From: Candidatus Finniella inopinata
Lineage (GTDB): Bacteria; Pseudomonadota; Alphaproteobacteria; Paracaedibacterales; CAITNM01
Direction: 5' to 3'
Length of the DNA stretch: 47,426 bases
Assembly: GCA_945860985.1 (NCBI GenBank)
Contig: CAMASM010000002.1
Coordinates: 1-47,426, forward strand
The notes beneath the pieces were generated by a model. The model saw only the letters and a program-made list of their open reading frames with translations, was not told the origin of the DNA and did not search any database. The translations under genes and the position numbers were made by a program. This document shows, one piece after another, positions 39,887 through 47,426 of the stretch. Every line of letters begins with the position of its first letter. The stretch's first letter is position 1.

Positions 39887-42025
39887 TTACTGTTTTTTTA
39901 AAAAACTGTAGTGGATTCTTTTTGTATCAGTCATGTCAAATTCTACGGTAGCTTGTTCATGTTCTGTATCGATAACATCCCCATAGCCAAATTTTTGGTG
40001 AAAAACTCTGTCGCCAATTTCTAGGTGGTGGGATTTATAATCAGCAATTGTGACTGGTCTACGGCTATATTCTTGTTGTTGCGTTTCTTGATTTGTTGCT
40101 GGTATGTGCTTTACGTGGCATGTTGGCAGTTCCTTTATAAAACGTGATGGCATACCAACTTGCCATCCTTGATAGGTGCGGCGTTGCAGTGCGTAACAAA
40201 TTACGGCTTTGACTTTGGCTCGGCTGATACCGACATAGGCTAGTCGTCGCTCTTCTTCCAGGCCAGCGCTACCACTGTCTTGCAGGCTGCGTGGATGTGG
40301 AAATAAATTTTCTTCCCAACCTGGTAAAAAGACATAATCAAACTCAAGACCTTTAGCTCCGTGTAGTGTCATCATACTTAGGCAATCATTGTTTGGTTGG
40401 TTATTGTTGTCAGTAACCAAACTAACGTGGTCTAAAAATCCTGGTAGAAATTCAAATTCTTCAATTGCTTTAACAAATTCTTTAAGGTTTTCGAGTCGAC
40501 CTGCAGAATCTGGAGATTTTTCTTCAAGCCACATGCCGGTATAACCAGATTCATCTAATACACATTTAACTACATCGGCGTGCGGGGTATTATCAAGCAT
40601 AGAACGCCAGCGTTGTAAGTCTTCAAAGAATGTTCTTAGATTACTTTTCCCGCTGCCTTTACTGTCATCCATAGCATAAATCAAAGCAGCTCTGGGAAGG
40701 GATATATTTTGCTCGCGCGCTATGTGGTGTATATTTTGCATTGCTCCCGGACCAAGGCCGCGCTTTGGTACATTAATAATTCGCTCAAATGCTAGCCCAT
40801 CATCTGGCTGTACTAAAATTCGCAAATAGGCGATAGCATCTTTTATCTCTTGCCGTTCGTAAAAGCGTAGTCCGCCGATAACTCGGTAAGGTGTTCCAGT
40901 TTTAATGCAGCGTTCTTCAAAATCGCGAGTTTGATAACTTGCCCTTACCAATATAGCCATAGAATTTAAAGGTTTACTTTGGCGTTGCATCGCTTCAACT
41001 TCATCAATTACAAAGCGTGCTTCAGCTTCGCTATTCCAATTTCCTTTGACTAATACTTGTTCACCATCACCTTTATCGGTCCATAGCTCTTTGCCTAGGC
41101 GATCTTGATTGTGGGCAATTAGTCCAGATGCAGTTCCCAAAATATGACTAGTCGAGCGGTAGTTTTGTTCAAGTCGAATAACTTCGGCATTGTTATAGTC
41201 TTTTTCAAATTTTAGGATGTTTTCTACTTCAGCTCCGCGCCAGCCATAGATTGATTGATCATCATCTCCTACGCAACATAAATTTTTATGGCCGTCTGCT
41301 AGTGGTCGTAGCCACAAGTATTGTGCGATGTTGGTGTCTTGATATTCATCGACCAAAACATAGCAAAACTGTTGTTGATAATTTTTTAAAGTTTCAGGGG
41401 ATTGTTTAAATAATTGTAAGCAATTCAAAAGTAAGTCGCCAAAATCCATAGCATTTAAGATTTTTAGTCGCTCTTGATATTGTCTATATAGTTGGACGTG
41501 TAAATCTTGAGAGTCACCAACACGGTCAAAGGTTTTTGCCTTATCTTTCCAACGATTAATGATGCTTGCGACCATTTTTGCAGGAACTTGTTTTTCATCT
41601 ATATTTTCAGCTTTTAAGATTTGCTTGATTAGCCTTAATTGGTCATCAGAATCAATAATTGTAAAATTTGATGTATAACCCAGCAAATCAGCATAACGTC
41701 TTAAAATTCTGACCGATATAGAATGGAATGTTCCAAGCCACATACCATCAACACCATGGCCAAGCAAATTTTGAATGCGTTCACGCATTTCTTGGGAAGC
41801 TTTGTTGGTAAAGGTAACAGCTAAAATATTTAAAGGACCACATAAATGCTTATCAAGTATGTGGGCGATTCTTGTGGTAAGCACACGGGTTTTACCGGTA
41901 CCAGCACCTGCTAAAATAAGTAAGGGGCCTTCACCGTAAACAACAGCCTGATGCTGCTTTGGATTCAAAGCATCAAGATAAGAATAAGCTGAAGCAAAAT
42001 TCAAGTTAGCTTCAGCAGATTTCAT
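39887..42025 (-). CDS. uvrD: ATP-dependent DNA helicase UvrD/PcrA family
   Basis: 'LNPKQHQAV..GPLLILAGAGTGKTRVLTTRIAHIL', 'VLVDEYQDTN', 'GDDDQSIYGWRGA', 'LEQNYRS', 'TLHGAKGLEFD' and 'RRLAYVGISRAK' are present. The C-terminus 'GDRVFHQKFGYGDV' is the UvrD C-terminal motif. Confidence 0.92.
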   Translation of the reverse strand: MKSAEANLNFASAYSYLDALNPKQHQAVVYGEGPLLILAGAGTGKTRVLTTRIAHILDKHLCGPLNILAVTFTNKASQEMRERIQNLLGHGVDGMWLGTFHSISVRILRRYADLLGYTSNFTIIDSDDQLRLIKQILKAENIDEKQVPAKMVASIINRWKDKAKTFDRVGDSQDLHVQLYRQYQERLKILNAMDFGDLLLNCLQLFKQSPETLKNYQQQFCYVLVDEYQDTNIAQYLWLRPLADGHKNLCCVGDDDQSIYGWRGAEVENILKFEKDYNNAEVIRLEQNYRSTSHILGTASGLIAHNQDRLGKELWTDKGDGEQVLVKGNWNSEAEARFVIDEVEAMQRQSKPLNSMAILVRASYQTRDFEERCIKTGTPYRVIGGLRFYERQEIKDAIAYLRILVQPDDGLAFERIINVPKRGLGPGAMQNIHHIAREQNISLPRAALIYAMDDSKGSGKSNLRTFFEDLQRWRSMLDNTPHADVVKCVLDESGYTGMWLEEKSPDSAGRLENLKEFVKAIEEFEFLPGFLDHVSLVTDNNNQPNNDCLSMMTLHGAKGLEFDYVFLPGWEENLFPHPRSLQDSGSAGLEEERRLAYVGISRAKVKAVICYALQRRTYQGWQVGMPSRFIKELPTCHVKHIPATNQETQQQEYSRRPVTIADYKSHHLEIGDRVFHQKFGYGDVIDTEHEQATVEFDMTDTKRIHYSFLKKQ

Positions 42026-42033
42026 TTAAACTC

Positions 42034-42258
42034 TCAATTCAATCCAAAATTTTGGAAACGTTTGCTGAATTTGCTTAGCTGTCCAGCCGTATCCATTAGG
42101 CGATGACCAGCCCCTGTCCAAGCAGGATGTGATTTAGGATCAATATCCAATTGCATATTGTCGCCTTCTTTACCCCAAGTACTGCGGGTTTCAAAAGAAG
42201 TACCATCAGTCATAGTAACTTTAATGGTGTGGTAGTCTGGGTGTATATTTTTTTTCAT
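42034..42258 (-). CDS. rpmE: 50S ribosomal protein L31
   Basis: '[14 protein letters not shown]...[12 protein letters not shown]' is canonical L31 (74 aa). The start is set at ATG 42258; the 26-codon extension in the track is not L31-like. Confidence 0.92.
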   Translation of the reverse strand: MKKNIHPDYHTIKVTMTDGTSFETRSTWGKEGDNMQLDIDPKSHPAWTGAGHRLMDTAGQLSKFSKRFQNFGLN

Positions 42259-42354
42259 AATAAATGTCTTCCCTTTGCGAAAAAGAATATATATATCTAT
42301 ACTCAAGATGCGGAATAATGCAATGTTTTTCTGCAAAAATTAAAGGAATTTAAG

Positions 42355-43167
42355 ATGACTATTTTGAAAAATTTAGGGTTTATGCTGCTTACAGGTGTTT
42401 GTTTAATTTATGCCGGTGTGGATGGTGATATACGTGACAATGAAGTTTTGATTAATTCATTGCAAGATAAGTTGGATGCTTCACAGGCAAAAGGTGAATC
42501 AACTGATGATTTGCAAAAAGTTATGGATAGAATGATTGAAAAGCAAAATGCGCTTTTAGCTAAAAAAGCTTCAGGAGCTGTAAGTAGCGATGCTGAAATA
42601 GCTGCTGATCAATCAGTACAGAATCAGACTAAAGGAAATGGCACTTTAAACGATACCGATCTAGACGCAACAATACGAAGAATTGTAAGGGAAGAGCTAG
42701 CTCAACAAAATAAAGGTGTGGATCATAAGGATGATGCCAAAAATGAAGCTACAAAAAAAGCTGAGGCCAGCGCACCGGAATTGCCAGAGCAAAAATCTGA
42801 AGCGATGGCTCAATATGAATTAGCTCTTGAGCAGTATGAAAAAAAGAATTACAAGCTTGCAGCATCTAGTTTTGGTAGGATTATTAAAACGTACCCGAAA
42901 GATCCCATTACAGCAAAGGCTTTGGTTCATTTGGCATTTTGTCTTGAAAAACAAGGTGAATTGGAAAAAGCTGTGGTGGTGTGTGAGTCTGCCTTGCAGA
43001 GAAAATTAGATGGTGGTCATCAGGTAGATTGTCAATTAATACGCTTACGCTTTGCTAAAGAGCAAAAGAACGATAAAGAAGTTGCAGAAATTACCAAGGC
43101 CTTAAAAAGTTTGAAATTGACTGATGAGCAAAAGAAAACTTTAAGTTCGATTTTGGCTAAAAAGTAA
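42355..43167 (+). CDS. cpoB: CpoB/YbgF-like Tol-Pal-associated protein (coiled coil plus TPR)
   Basis: Signal/anchor, then a coiled coil ('LINSLQDKLDASQAKGES..LQKVMDRMIEKQNALL'). The C-terminus 'YELALEQYEKKNYKLAASSFGRIIKTYPKDPITAKALVHLAFCLEKQGELEKA' matches the YbgF TPR block pattern. Confidence 0.55.
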   Translation: MTILKNLGFMLLTGVCLIYAGVDGDIRDNEVLINSLQDKLDASQAKGESTDDLQKVMDRMIEKQNALLAKKASGAVSSDAEIAADQSVQNQTKGNGTLNDTDLDATIRRIVREELAQQNKGVDHKDDAKNEATKKAEASAPELPEQKSEAMAQYELALEQYEKKNYKLAASSFGRIIKTYPKDPITAKALVHLAFCLEKQGELEKAVVVCESALQRKLDGGHQVDCQLIRLRFAKEQKNDKEVAEITKALKSLKLTDEQKKTLSSILAKK

Positions 43168-43230
43168 CAAAACAAATATAGTTAATTATTAACTAACGCA
43201 ATGTACAAGTTTTAATTTAATCTCCACAAC

Positions 43231-43276
43231 GATAACCGACGTCCCGCGGCTCAGACCGCGGGATCCAATGGTTATC
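43231..43276. repeat. Composite GC-rich palindrome (REP-like) at the left flank of IS110
   Basis: GATAACC-gacgt-CCCGCGG-ctcaga-CCGCGGG-atccaat-GGTTATC. The inner 7-bp stem is 43243..43249/43256..43262 and the outer 7-bp stem is 43231..43237/43270..43276. Confidence 0.7.
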
Positions 43277-43339
43277 TGCTATTTTGACACAAAAAACCAA
43301 AAAAGAATAAATTATGTCGTGATTAAACAATGAAATGAT

Positions 43340-43534
43340 CGAACTGGATTGTATCTTGAGATAGTACCGAGAGGTATAAAGGTAACAGGAGAGGACTTCG
43401 TTTATCTGGATAGGCCAACAAAGGCCGTAGGTATCTTGAAGCCTCTCCGATTACACGGTCTTAAGCGCGAACGGTAGAATGGCCATAAAGGCCGAATGAA
43501 CAATCCCGCGCTACGTACCCATGGGAAGTATAAC
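43340..43534 (+). ncRNA. Candidate IS110 bridge (guide) RNA in the left-end leader
   Basis: Structured non-coding stretch with stem GGAGAGG (43388..43394)/CCTCTCC (43442..43448) and twin mini-hairpins GGCCaacaaaGGCC (43413..43426) and GGCCataaaGGCC (43481..43493). The motif GTATCTTGA is duplicated (43351.., 43431..). Segments are complementary or identical to the right end (see findings). Ends are not determined. Confidence 0.4.
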
Positions 43535-43993
43535 ATGTTCAAAGCGTATATTGGAATCGATGTTTCAAAAGATTGGGTAGATATCCATCTGAATACCAAA
43601 GTACACAAAGTTTTGCAGTCTGACGCCAAGCGATTTATCAAAACTCATAAAGCTGAATTTCAAGGATCCTTATGCATAATGGAAAGCACTGGGGGCCATG
43701 AAATTCATTTAGCTAGACTCTTGGTTGATCAAGGGATCGCAGTTCATATTGCTCATCCGAATCAGGTAGTTTCGTTTATGAAAGCTAAAAGTAGATTGGC
43801 TAAAACTGATGCAATTGATGCAAGGTTTTTATCTCAATTTGGAGCGTTTTTAACATTAGATCAGATACGAGCTCCATTAAGTGAAAAGCAATATCATCTG
43901 CAACATTTAGGGGCACGTTTAACCCAACTCAAAGCTCTCCTCCATGAAGAACTCTGTCGCCAAAACCACCCTAATATGACCGATCCTTTTTAA
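43535..43993 (+). pseudogene. IS110-family recombinase, N-terminal DEDD domain (frame-disrupted)
   Basis: 'MFKAYIGIDVSKDWVDIHL', 'IMESTGGHE' and 'AKTDAIDA' give the DEDD pattern. The frame ends at TAA 43991..43993, right after a T5 run. The protein continues in the -1 frame ('LKETFNEVVEVIEEKI'). Confidence 0.8.
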
Positions 43994-44010
43994 AGGAGAC
44001 ATTTAATGAG

Positions 44011-44496
44011 GTGGTTGAGGTTATTGAAGAAAAGATAAAGGCTGTTCAAAAGAAGATGCTTTCCTTGGTTAAATCTGATAGTGATCTCAAAGGGAAGTTT
44101 GATATTCTACAAAGCATGCCTGGCATAGGAGAGCTTTCTGCTCTTAACATATTAGCAGATCTTCCTGAAATCGGAGGTCTTTCCAAAGGAGCAATTGCAA
44201 GCTTAGTGGGTGTTGCTCCGATCACTCAACAAAGTGGTAAGAAGCAAGGTCAAAGCCATATTCGTTATGGTCGAGGAGATTTAAGGAAAGTGCTGTATAT
44301 GGCAGCACTTGTTGCATGCAGGTGTAATCCTTTGATGAAAACTTTTTATGAACGGTTATGTGCAAAAGGCAAACCTAAAAAGGTAGGAATCATCGCGGTT
44401 TTGAGGAAAATGTTGATCACGTTAAATGCGATGATCAAAGGTAAAGCTCAATGGAAAAATTGGGAAGCTGAACGCGCAATTAATGTAGCGCTGTAG
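44011..44496 (+). pseudogene. IS110-family recombinase, C-terminal Tnp domain (frame-disrupted)
   Basis: 'LQSMPGIGELSALNILADLPEIG...LVGVAPITQQSGKKQGQSHIRYGRGDLRKVLYMAALVA' is the conserved IS116/IS110/IS902 domain with the catalytic-Ser region. This frame is open back to 43975. Confidence 0.8.
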
Positions 44497-44537
44497 AGAG
44501 CCTTCTTCATTTTACTCTTGACTCTCAAGACGGTAGA

Positions 44538-44558
44538 TACCGCGGTTAAACCGCGGTA
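44538..44558. repeat. GC-rich hairpin TACCGCGG-ttaaa-CCGCGGTA at the right flank/end of IS110
   Basis: Perfect 8-bp stem that shares the CCGCGG core with the left-flank palindrome. Confidence 0.7.
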
Positions 44559-44679
44559 CGCCGAAATACACTAAGTTGGGTAAATCAAAGATTTTTTAAA
44601 AAACCCGCACACTGCGTTAACTAATTATTAATTGTGTCTTGGTAAACTATTCCTAATTAAATGATCAAGGAAAAGTTTT

Positions 44680-45186
44680 ATGTTATCAAAATTTTGTATG
44701 CAATTATTGGTTGGAGTATCGGTAATTTGTTCATCTGTTTATTCGGCTGCTAGGGTTCATAGTGGTGTTGCTGGTGGTCGTGTGCATGCTGAAAATAGAC
44801 TACATACAGCAGAACATTTGCACGGGAGCCATGCGGTAGCTGGTTCAGCTTATTATTCGGCTGCTCGGGTTCATCATGGTGTTGCTGGTGGTCGTGTGCA
44901 TGTTGAAAATAGACTACATGAGGATCGTCTACATCAAGGAAATTATAATGTTAACACCAGCATAGGTCGGAATGCGCATGCTGCACCTTCAATGGCGTAT
45001 GGCCGTACGTTAGATGCACTGGATGATTATGACATGGGTGGAAATAGTTATGTAGAAGTGGGGCAGGGAGCATTTTTTGGTGCCGCTGCCGCCAGAGGTG
45101 CAGGTGGTGGTTCCAGTTCTTCTTTTCGCCGTGAGGAGTATGAAGTAAAAGGTTCTAGAAATTGGGGTCAACAGCGTACTCATTAA
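44680..45186 (+). CDS. Secreted His-rich repeat protein with a Gly/Ala-rich tail (hypothetical)
   Basis: Signal 'LLVGVSVICSSVYSAA', then two copies of 'YSAARVH(S/H)GVAGGRVH(A/V)ENRLH', then 'GAFFGAAAARGAGGGSSSS'. A terminator follows. Confidence 0.6.
   Translation: MLSKFCMQLLVGVSVICSSVYSAARVHSGVAGGRVHAENRLHTAEHLHGSHAVAGSAYYSAARVHHGVAGGRVHVENRLHEDRLHQGNYNVNTSIGRNAHAAPSMAYGRTLDALDDYDMGGNSYVEVGQGAFFGAAAARGAGGGSSSSFRREEYEVKGSRNWGQQRTH
44740..44919 (+). repeat. Two 66-bp direct repeats (period 114 bp) inside the His-rich CDS
   Basis: 44740..44805 and 44854..44919 differ at 4 of 66 positions. All differences are compatible with keeping the frame open. Confidence 0.9.
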
Positions 45187-45210
45187 AGTAAGAGAGTAAA
45201 AAACTAATAA

Positions 45211-45237
45211 GCACCGTCTTTTATGGCGGTGTTTTTT
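45211..45237 (+). terminator. Rho-independent terminator (shared by convergent genes)
   Basis: CACCGTC-ttttat-GGCGGTG (one G-U pair) is followed by T6 (45232..45237). The T tract abuts the stop codon of the convergent gene. Confidence 0.75.
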
Positions 45238-47089
45238 ATTTGAGCTGATGTTGTAGTTTTTGAGGGATGAATATCCACTTTTCTATGCCTTGGTTTAAGG
45301 CAATTTGCATTAGTTTTTTGCCTTTTTCCATGTCTTTTTGTTGAATGTAATAAATACCCTCTAACCAAATGCCAAAAGGATCATCTGGGTTTTGTTGGTG
45401 GATCAAATCAATGAATTGTTTTGCTTTAACTAACTGTTGCTGTTCAATCAGTTCTTTAACAAAAGGAACAACTAGGTCGGTTCTTTTAGGTGCTTTTCGT
45501 AAAATAGCTTGGGCTGCTTGTTCCCATAAGTCAAATAAAGGTTGTTTGTTATCAGCAAAATATTGTAAGGCATGAAGCATTGCAACGTCTAATACCAGGG
45601 GGCTGGACTTTGCATCGTAAACCTTAAAAAGTCTTAAAAATTCATGCTCCAATGTTTGAAAAGATAAATAATTAGTCTTTTTTGTTAGGCTTAATAAAAA
45701 ATGCCCCAGGTGTAGACCGTTGTAGTTGTAGCGTGTTTTTATCTTTTTTTCGTCGGGGTAGTTGGTGGAGTAGGTAAATCTTTTTAACCATGAATTTTGG
45801 TTTGTTGGGTATAGTATCGCTGTATTCCAATAGGTTAATGCTGCCTGTCCGCAGCATAAACTCCCCATAGTAATGATTATTCCTAATAAATAAGGTCTTT
45901 TAATTACAAATATTGGTCGGTTGAGTGCTGCAAAACCAAATATCAAAAATGGCCAAACGCAAACCAAGGTAAACCAGGTTGAGGTTAGAGCAGCCAATAG
46001 AACCACAAAAAGTAATTTATTAAATGTTTGTTCCTTTAAATTGCTTAATGGCACTAAAATTAATGCAAGGTAAATTAGTAGACCGATAACACCTATACTA
46101 AACAGAACTTCTATTCCAAAATGCATGCAGTGAAAATCAAGTCTTTCAATGCCATCCCAGCTTGGTTGCCATGTTTGTCCTTCAAAAAATTTTACTGGTA
46201 ACTGAGTGATTTGTTTTTGTAAATTTTCAAAGTAATGTCCCCACCCATGACCATAAAGTAAGCTTTGAGGCGCATCTTTCCAGGCTGAAAAATAACTTTG
46301 TACTGCTAGTTTGCGTGACTCTAATGTTCCAAATATGGAAAAGCTTGCTAAGTAATAAGTAGAAACCAAGCTTAATAGCGGAATACTTAAACAGGTTATC
46401 TTAATGAACTTATTATGGTTTTTTAAATAATAGGTTATAGCCCAAAGTACAAAGCTTAAGATGACAGCAACCCAAGCAGTTTTATTATAGGATAGGTATA
46501 AAAGCAAAATGCTAAATAAAATTAAAGTGGATTTTACTGTGTTGTTTTTAAAAGATTCACTGGCAATATAAATTCCAAGAGCGATTGGTGCTAGAAATGC
46601 CCCAAAAACGTATGGTAACCAATCCGGGTTTATGTTAAATCCATGGGTAGGGTGGTGCAAAGCCACCAGTAACCCTGCTACTAATCCTGCACCTATGGCT
46701 GAGAGGCGAATCGCATTATTTATGACGATGTTATCGTAAGCTAAAGATAATAAAGATAGTCCACAAAATAGCGCCGTACCTTCACCAAGTAAAGGCACGC
46801 CAAAATGATGTAATATTTTGTTCTTAGCCCAAGCAGTGGCGCAAAATGAAATTAATGCTATTGCACAAAAACAGACGGTATGCGTGGAAAAGAGCAAACG
46901 TTTCTTCACTATACACAAAGCACTCAAACTTACTCCAATTGCTGCAAATAATATATTAGCCGCAACTAGTACAAATTCTGAATCAATCCATATGCCAATG
47001 CGCAAAGGCGGTAGGGTTGCTATAAATAACCAAAAGCTTATGGAAATTAGTAATATGGTTACATAATCTGCCAGTCGCTTAGATGACAT
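45236..47089 (-). CDS. O-antigen ligase/polymerase-like (Wzy_C) membrane protein with a C-terminal TPR-like domain
   Basis: About 12 TMs, with a periplasmic-loop motif 'RKLAVQSYFSAWKDAPQSLLYGHGWGHYFE' (compare R...W......GxGxG of WaaL/PglL/Wzy_C proteins). A soluble tail of about 200 aa has TPR-like 'PFGIWLEGIYYIQQKDMEKGKKLMQIALNQG'. Confidence 0.6.
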   Translation of the reverse strand: MSSKRLADYVTILLISISFWLFIATLPPLRIGIWIDSEFVLVAANILFAAIGVSLSALCIVKKRLLFSTHTVCFCAIALISFCATAWAKNKILHHFGVPLLGEGTALFCGLSLLSLAYDNIVINNAIRLSAIGAGLVAGLLVALHHPTHGFNINPDWLPYVFGAFLAPIALGIYIASESFKNNTVKSTLILFSILLLYLSYNKTAWVAVILSFVLWAITYYLKNHNKFIKITCLSIPLLSLVSTYYLASFSIFGTLESRKLAVQSYFSAWKDAPQSLLYGHGWGHYFENLQKQITQLPVKFFEGQTWQPSWDGIERLDFHCMHFGIEVLFSIGVIGLLIYLALILVPLSNLKEQTFNKLLFVVLLAALTSTWFTLVCVWPFLIFGFAALNRPIFVIKRPYLLGIIITMGSLCCGQAALTYWNTAILYPTNQNSWLKRFTYSTNYPDEKKIKTRYNYNGLHLGHFLLSLTKKTNYLSFQTLEHEFLRLFKVYDAKSSPLVLDVAMLHALQYFADNKQPLFDLWEQAAQAILRKAPKRTDLVVPFVKELIEQQQLVKAKQFIDLIHQQNPDDPFGIWLEGIYYIQQKDMEKGKKLMQIALNQGIEKWIFIPQKLQHQLK

Positions 47090-47232
47090 TATTTAATCGT
47101 TAACTAATTCACTGTAAATATCATAGCCAGTTATGTAAGTAAGATGAAAGCATGGTGATTTTTTTTACCGGCTATTCTCATTTTTGACTGAATGTTATCA
47201 AAGCTTATTAAGAGCTTAGAATTTGTAGCTTG

Positions 47233-47283
47233 CTTGGGGCCCACCGCCCCAGAATAAAGTGACAACCGCCCACCCCAGCCGCT
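47233..47283. repeat. GC-rich island with a GGGGC-ccacc-GCCCC hairpin and C/G tracts
   Basis: 'ttGGGGCccaccGCCCCagaataaagtgacaaCCGCCCACCCCAGCCgc' sits in an otherwise AT-rich non-coding tail. Its minus strand carries TGGGG-TGGGCGG, like 14238..14255. Confidence 0.45.
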
Positions 47284-47426
47284 GATATTAGTTTAGCTAC
47301 CATTCTAATTTCCAATTAAACCGCCACTTTTAAGACTCTCTAACATTTCCATATTTAAAAATGTTAGTGAAATGTTAGAATCAGGAAACTTTTAACCACA
47401 GTACACCTTAAAACGCTTCAGTCTAT

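Larger units (their letters stand above)
43277..44541 (+). mobile_element. IS110-family insertion sequence (boundaries approximate)
   Basis: It encodes a DEDD (RuvC-like) N-domain and an IS116/IS110/IS902-type C-domain with a long non-coding 5' leader. The DNA is locally GC-richer. No clear terminal IRs were found, as expected for this family. It is bracketed by CCGCGG hairpins. An alternative outer imperfect IR is 'agttaattattaactaacgca' (43181..) / 'tgcgttaactaattattaatt' (44612..). Confidence 0.7.

Noticed and set aside
43121-43140. 'CTGATGAGcaaaaGAAA', a hammerhead-ribozyme-like core string
   Set aside because: It lies inside the cpoB-like CDS and has no stem II/III pairing partners. It is a chance match.
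43181-44634. Imperfect ~20-bp inverted repeats (agttaattattaactaacgca / tgcgttaactaattattaatt) as the true ends of the IS110 element
   Set aside because: They are AT-rich low-complexity matches anchored only by AACGCA/TGCGTT. IS110-family elements usually lack terminal IRs. They are kept only as an alternative boundary hypothesis.
44740-44919. Direct repeats considered as a possible mini CRISPR array
   Set aside because: There are only two copies, they are in frame within a CDS, there are no cas genes, and the 48-bp 'spacer' is coding. This is a protein repeat.

Overview
This is a visibly AT-rich, gene-dense bacterial window. Gene content points to a reduced alphaproteobacterium, possibly a Rickettsiales/Holosporales-like intracellular symbiont: AddAB-type recombination genes, a DUF1849/EipB-like gene, a CpoB-like gene, tandem ProP-like MFS transporters and fragmented nuo/dcw clusters. 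This taxon call is inference only. Housekeeping genes: nuoN (fragment)/nuoM/nuoL (split), tal, bdhA, fumC, bcp, ppiD, tpiA, rne, tmk, ligA, znuCB, mraY, uvrD, rpmE and one tRNA-Lys(CUU). Interspersed accessory material includes an IS630-family element inserted in an ABC substrate-binding-protein gene. There is also an IS110-family element with a frame-disrupted recombinase, a structured about 200-nt 5' leader (bridge-RNA candidate) and flanking CCGCGG hairpins. Other accessory items are several membrane-anchored glycosyltransferase-like genes (one GT10-like, a tandem GT-A-like pair coupled to mraY), an O-antigen-ligase-like/TPR protein, and His-rich or disordered secreted proteins next to znuCB. 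No rRNA genes or CRISPR arrays were seen. The points most worth follow-up are the IS110 leader RNA, the apparently nuclease-less AddAB pair split by transporter genes, the nuoL split at the lateral-helix junction, the GT-like/mraY operon and the His-rich proteins by znuCB. All family calls come from motif recognition by eye, with no database search.
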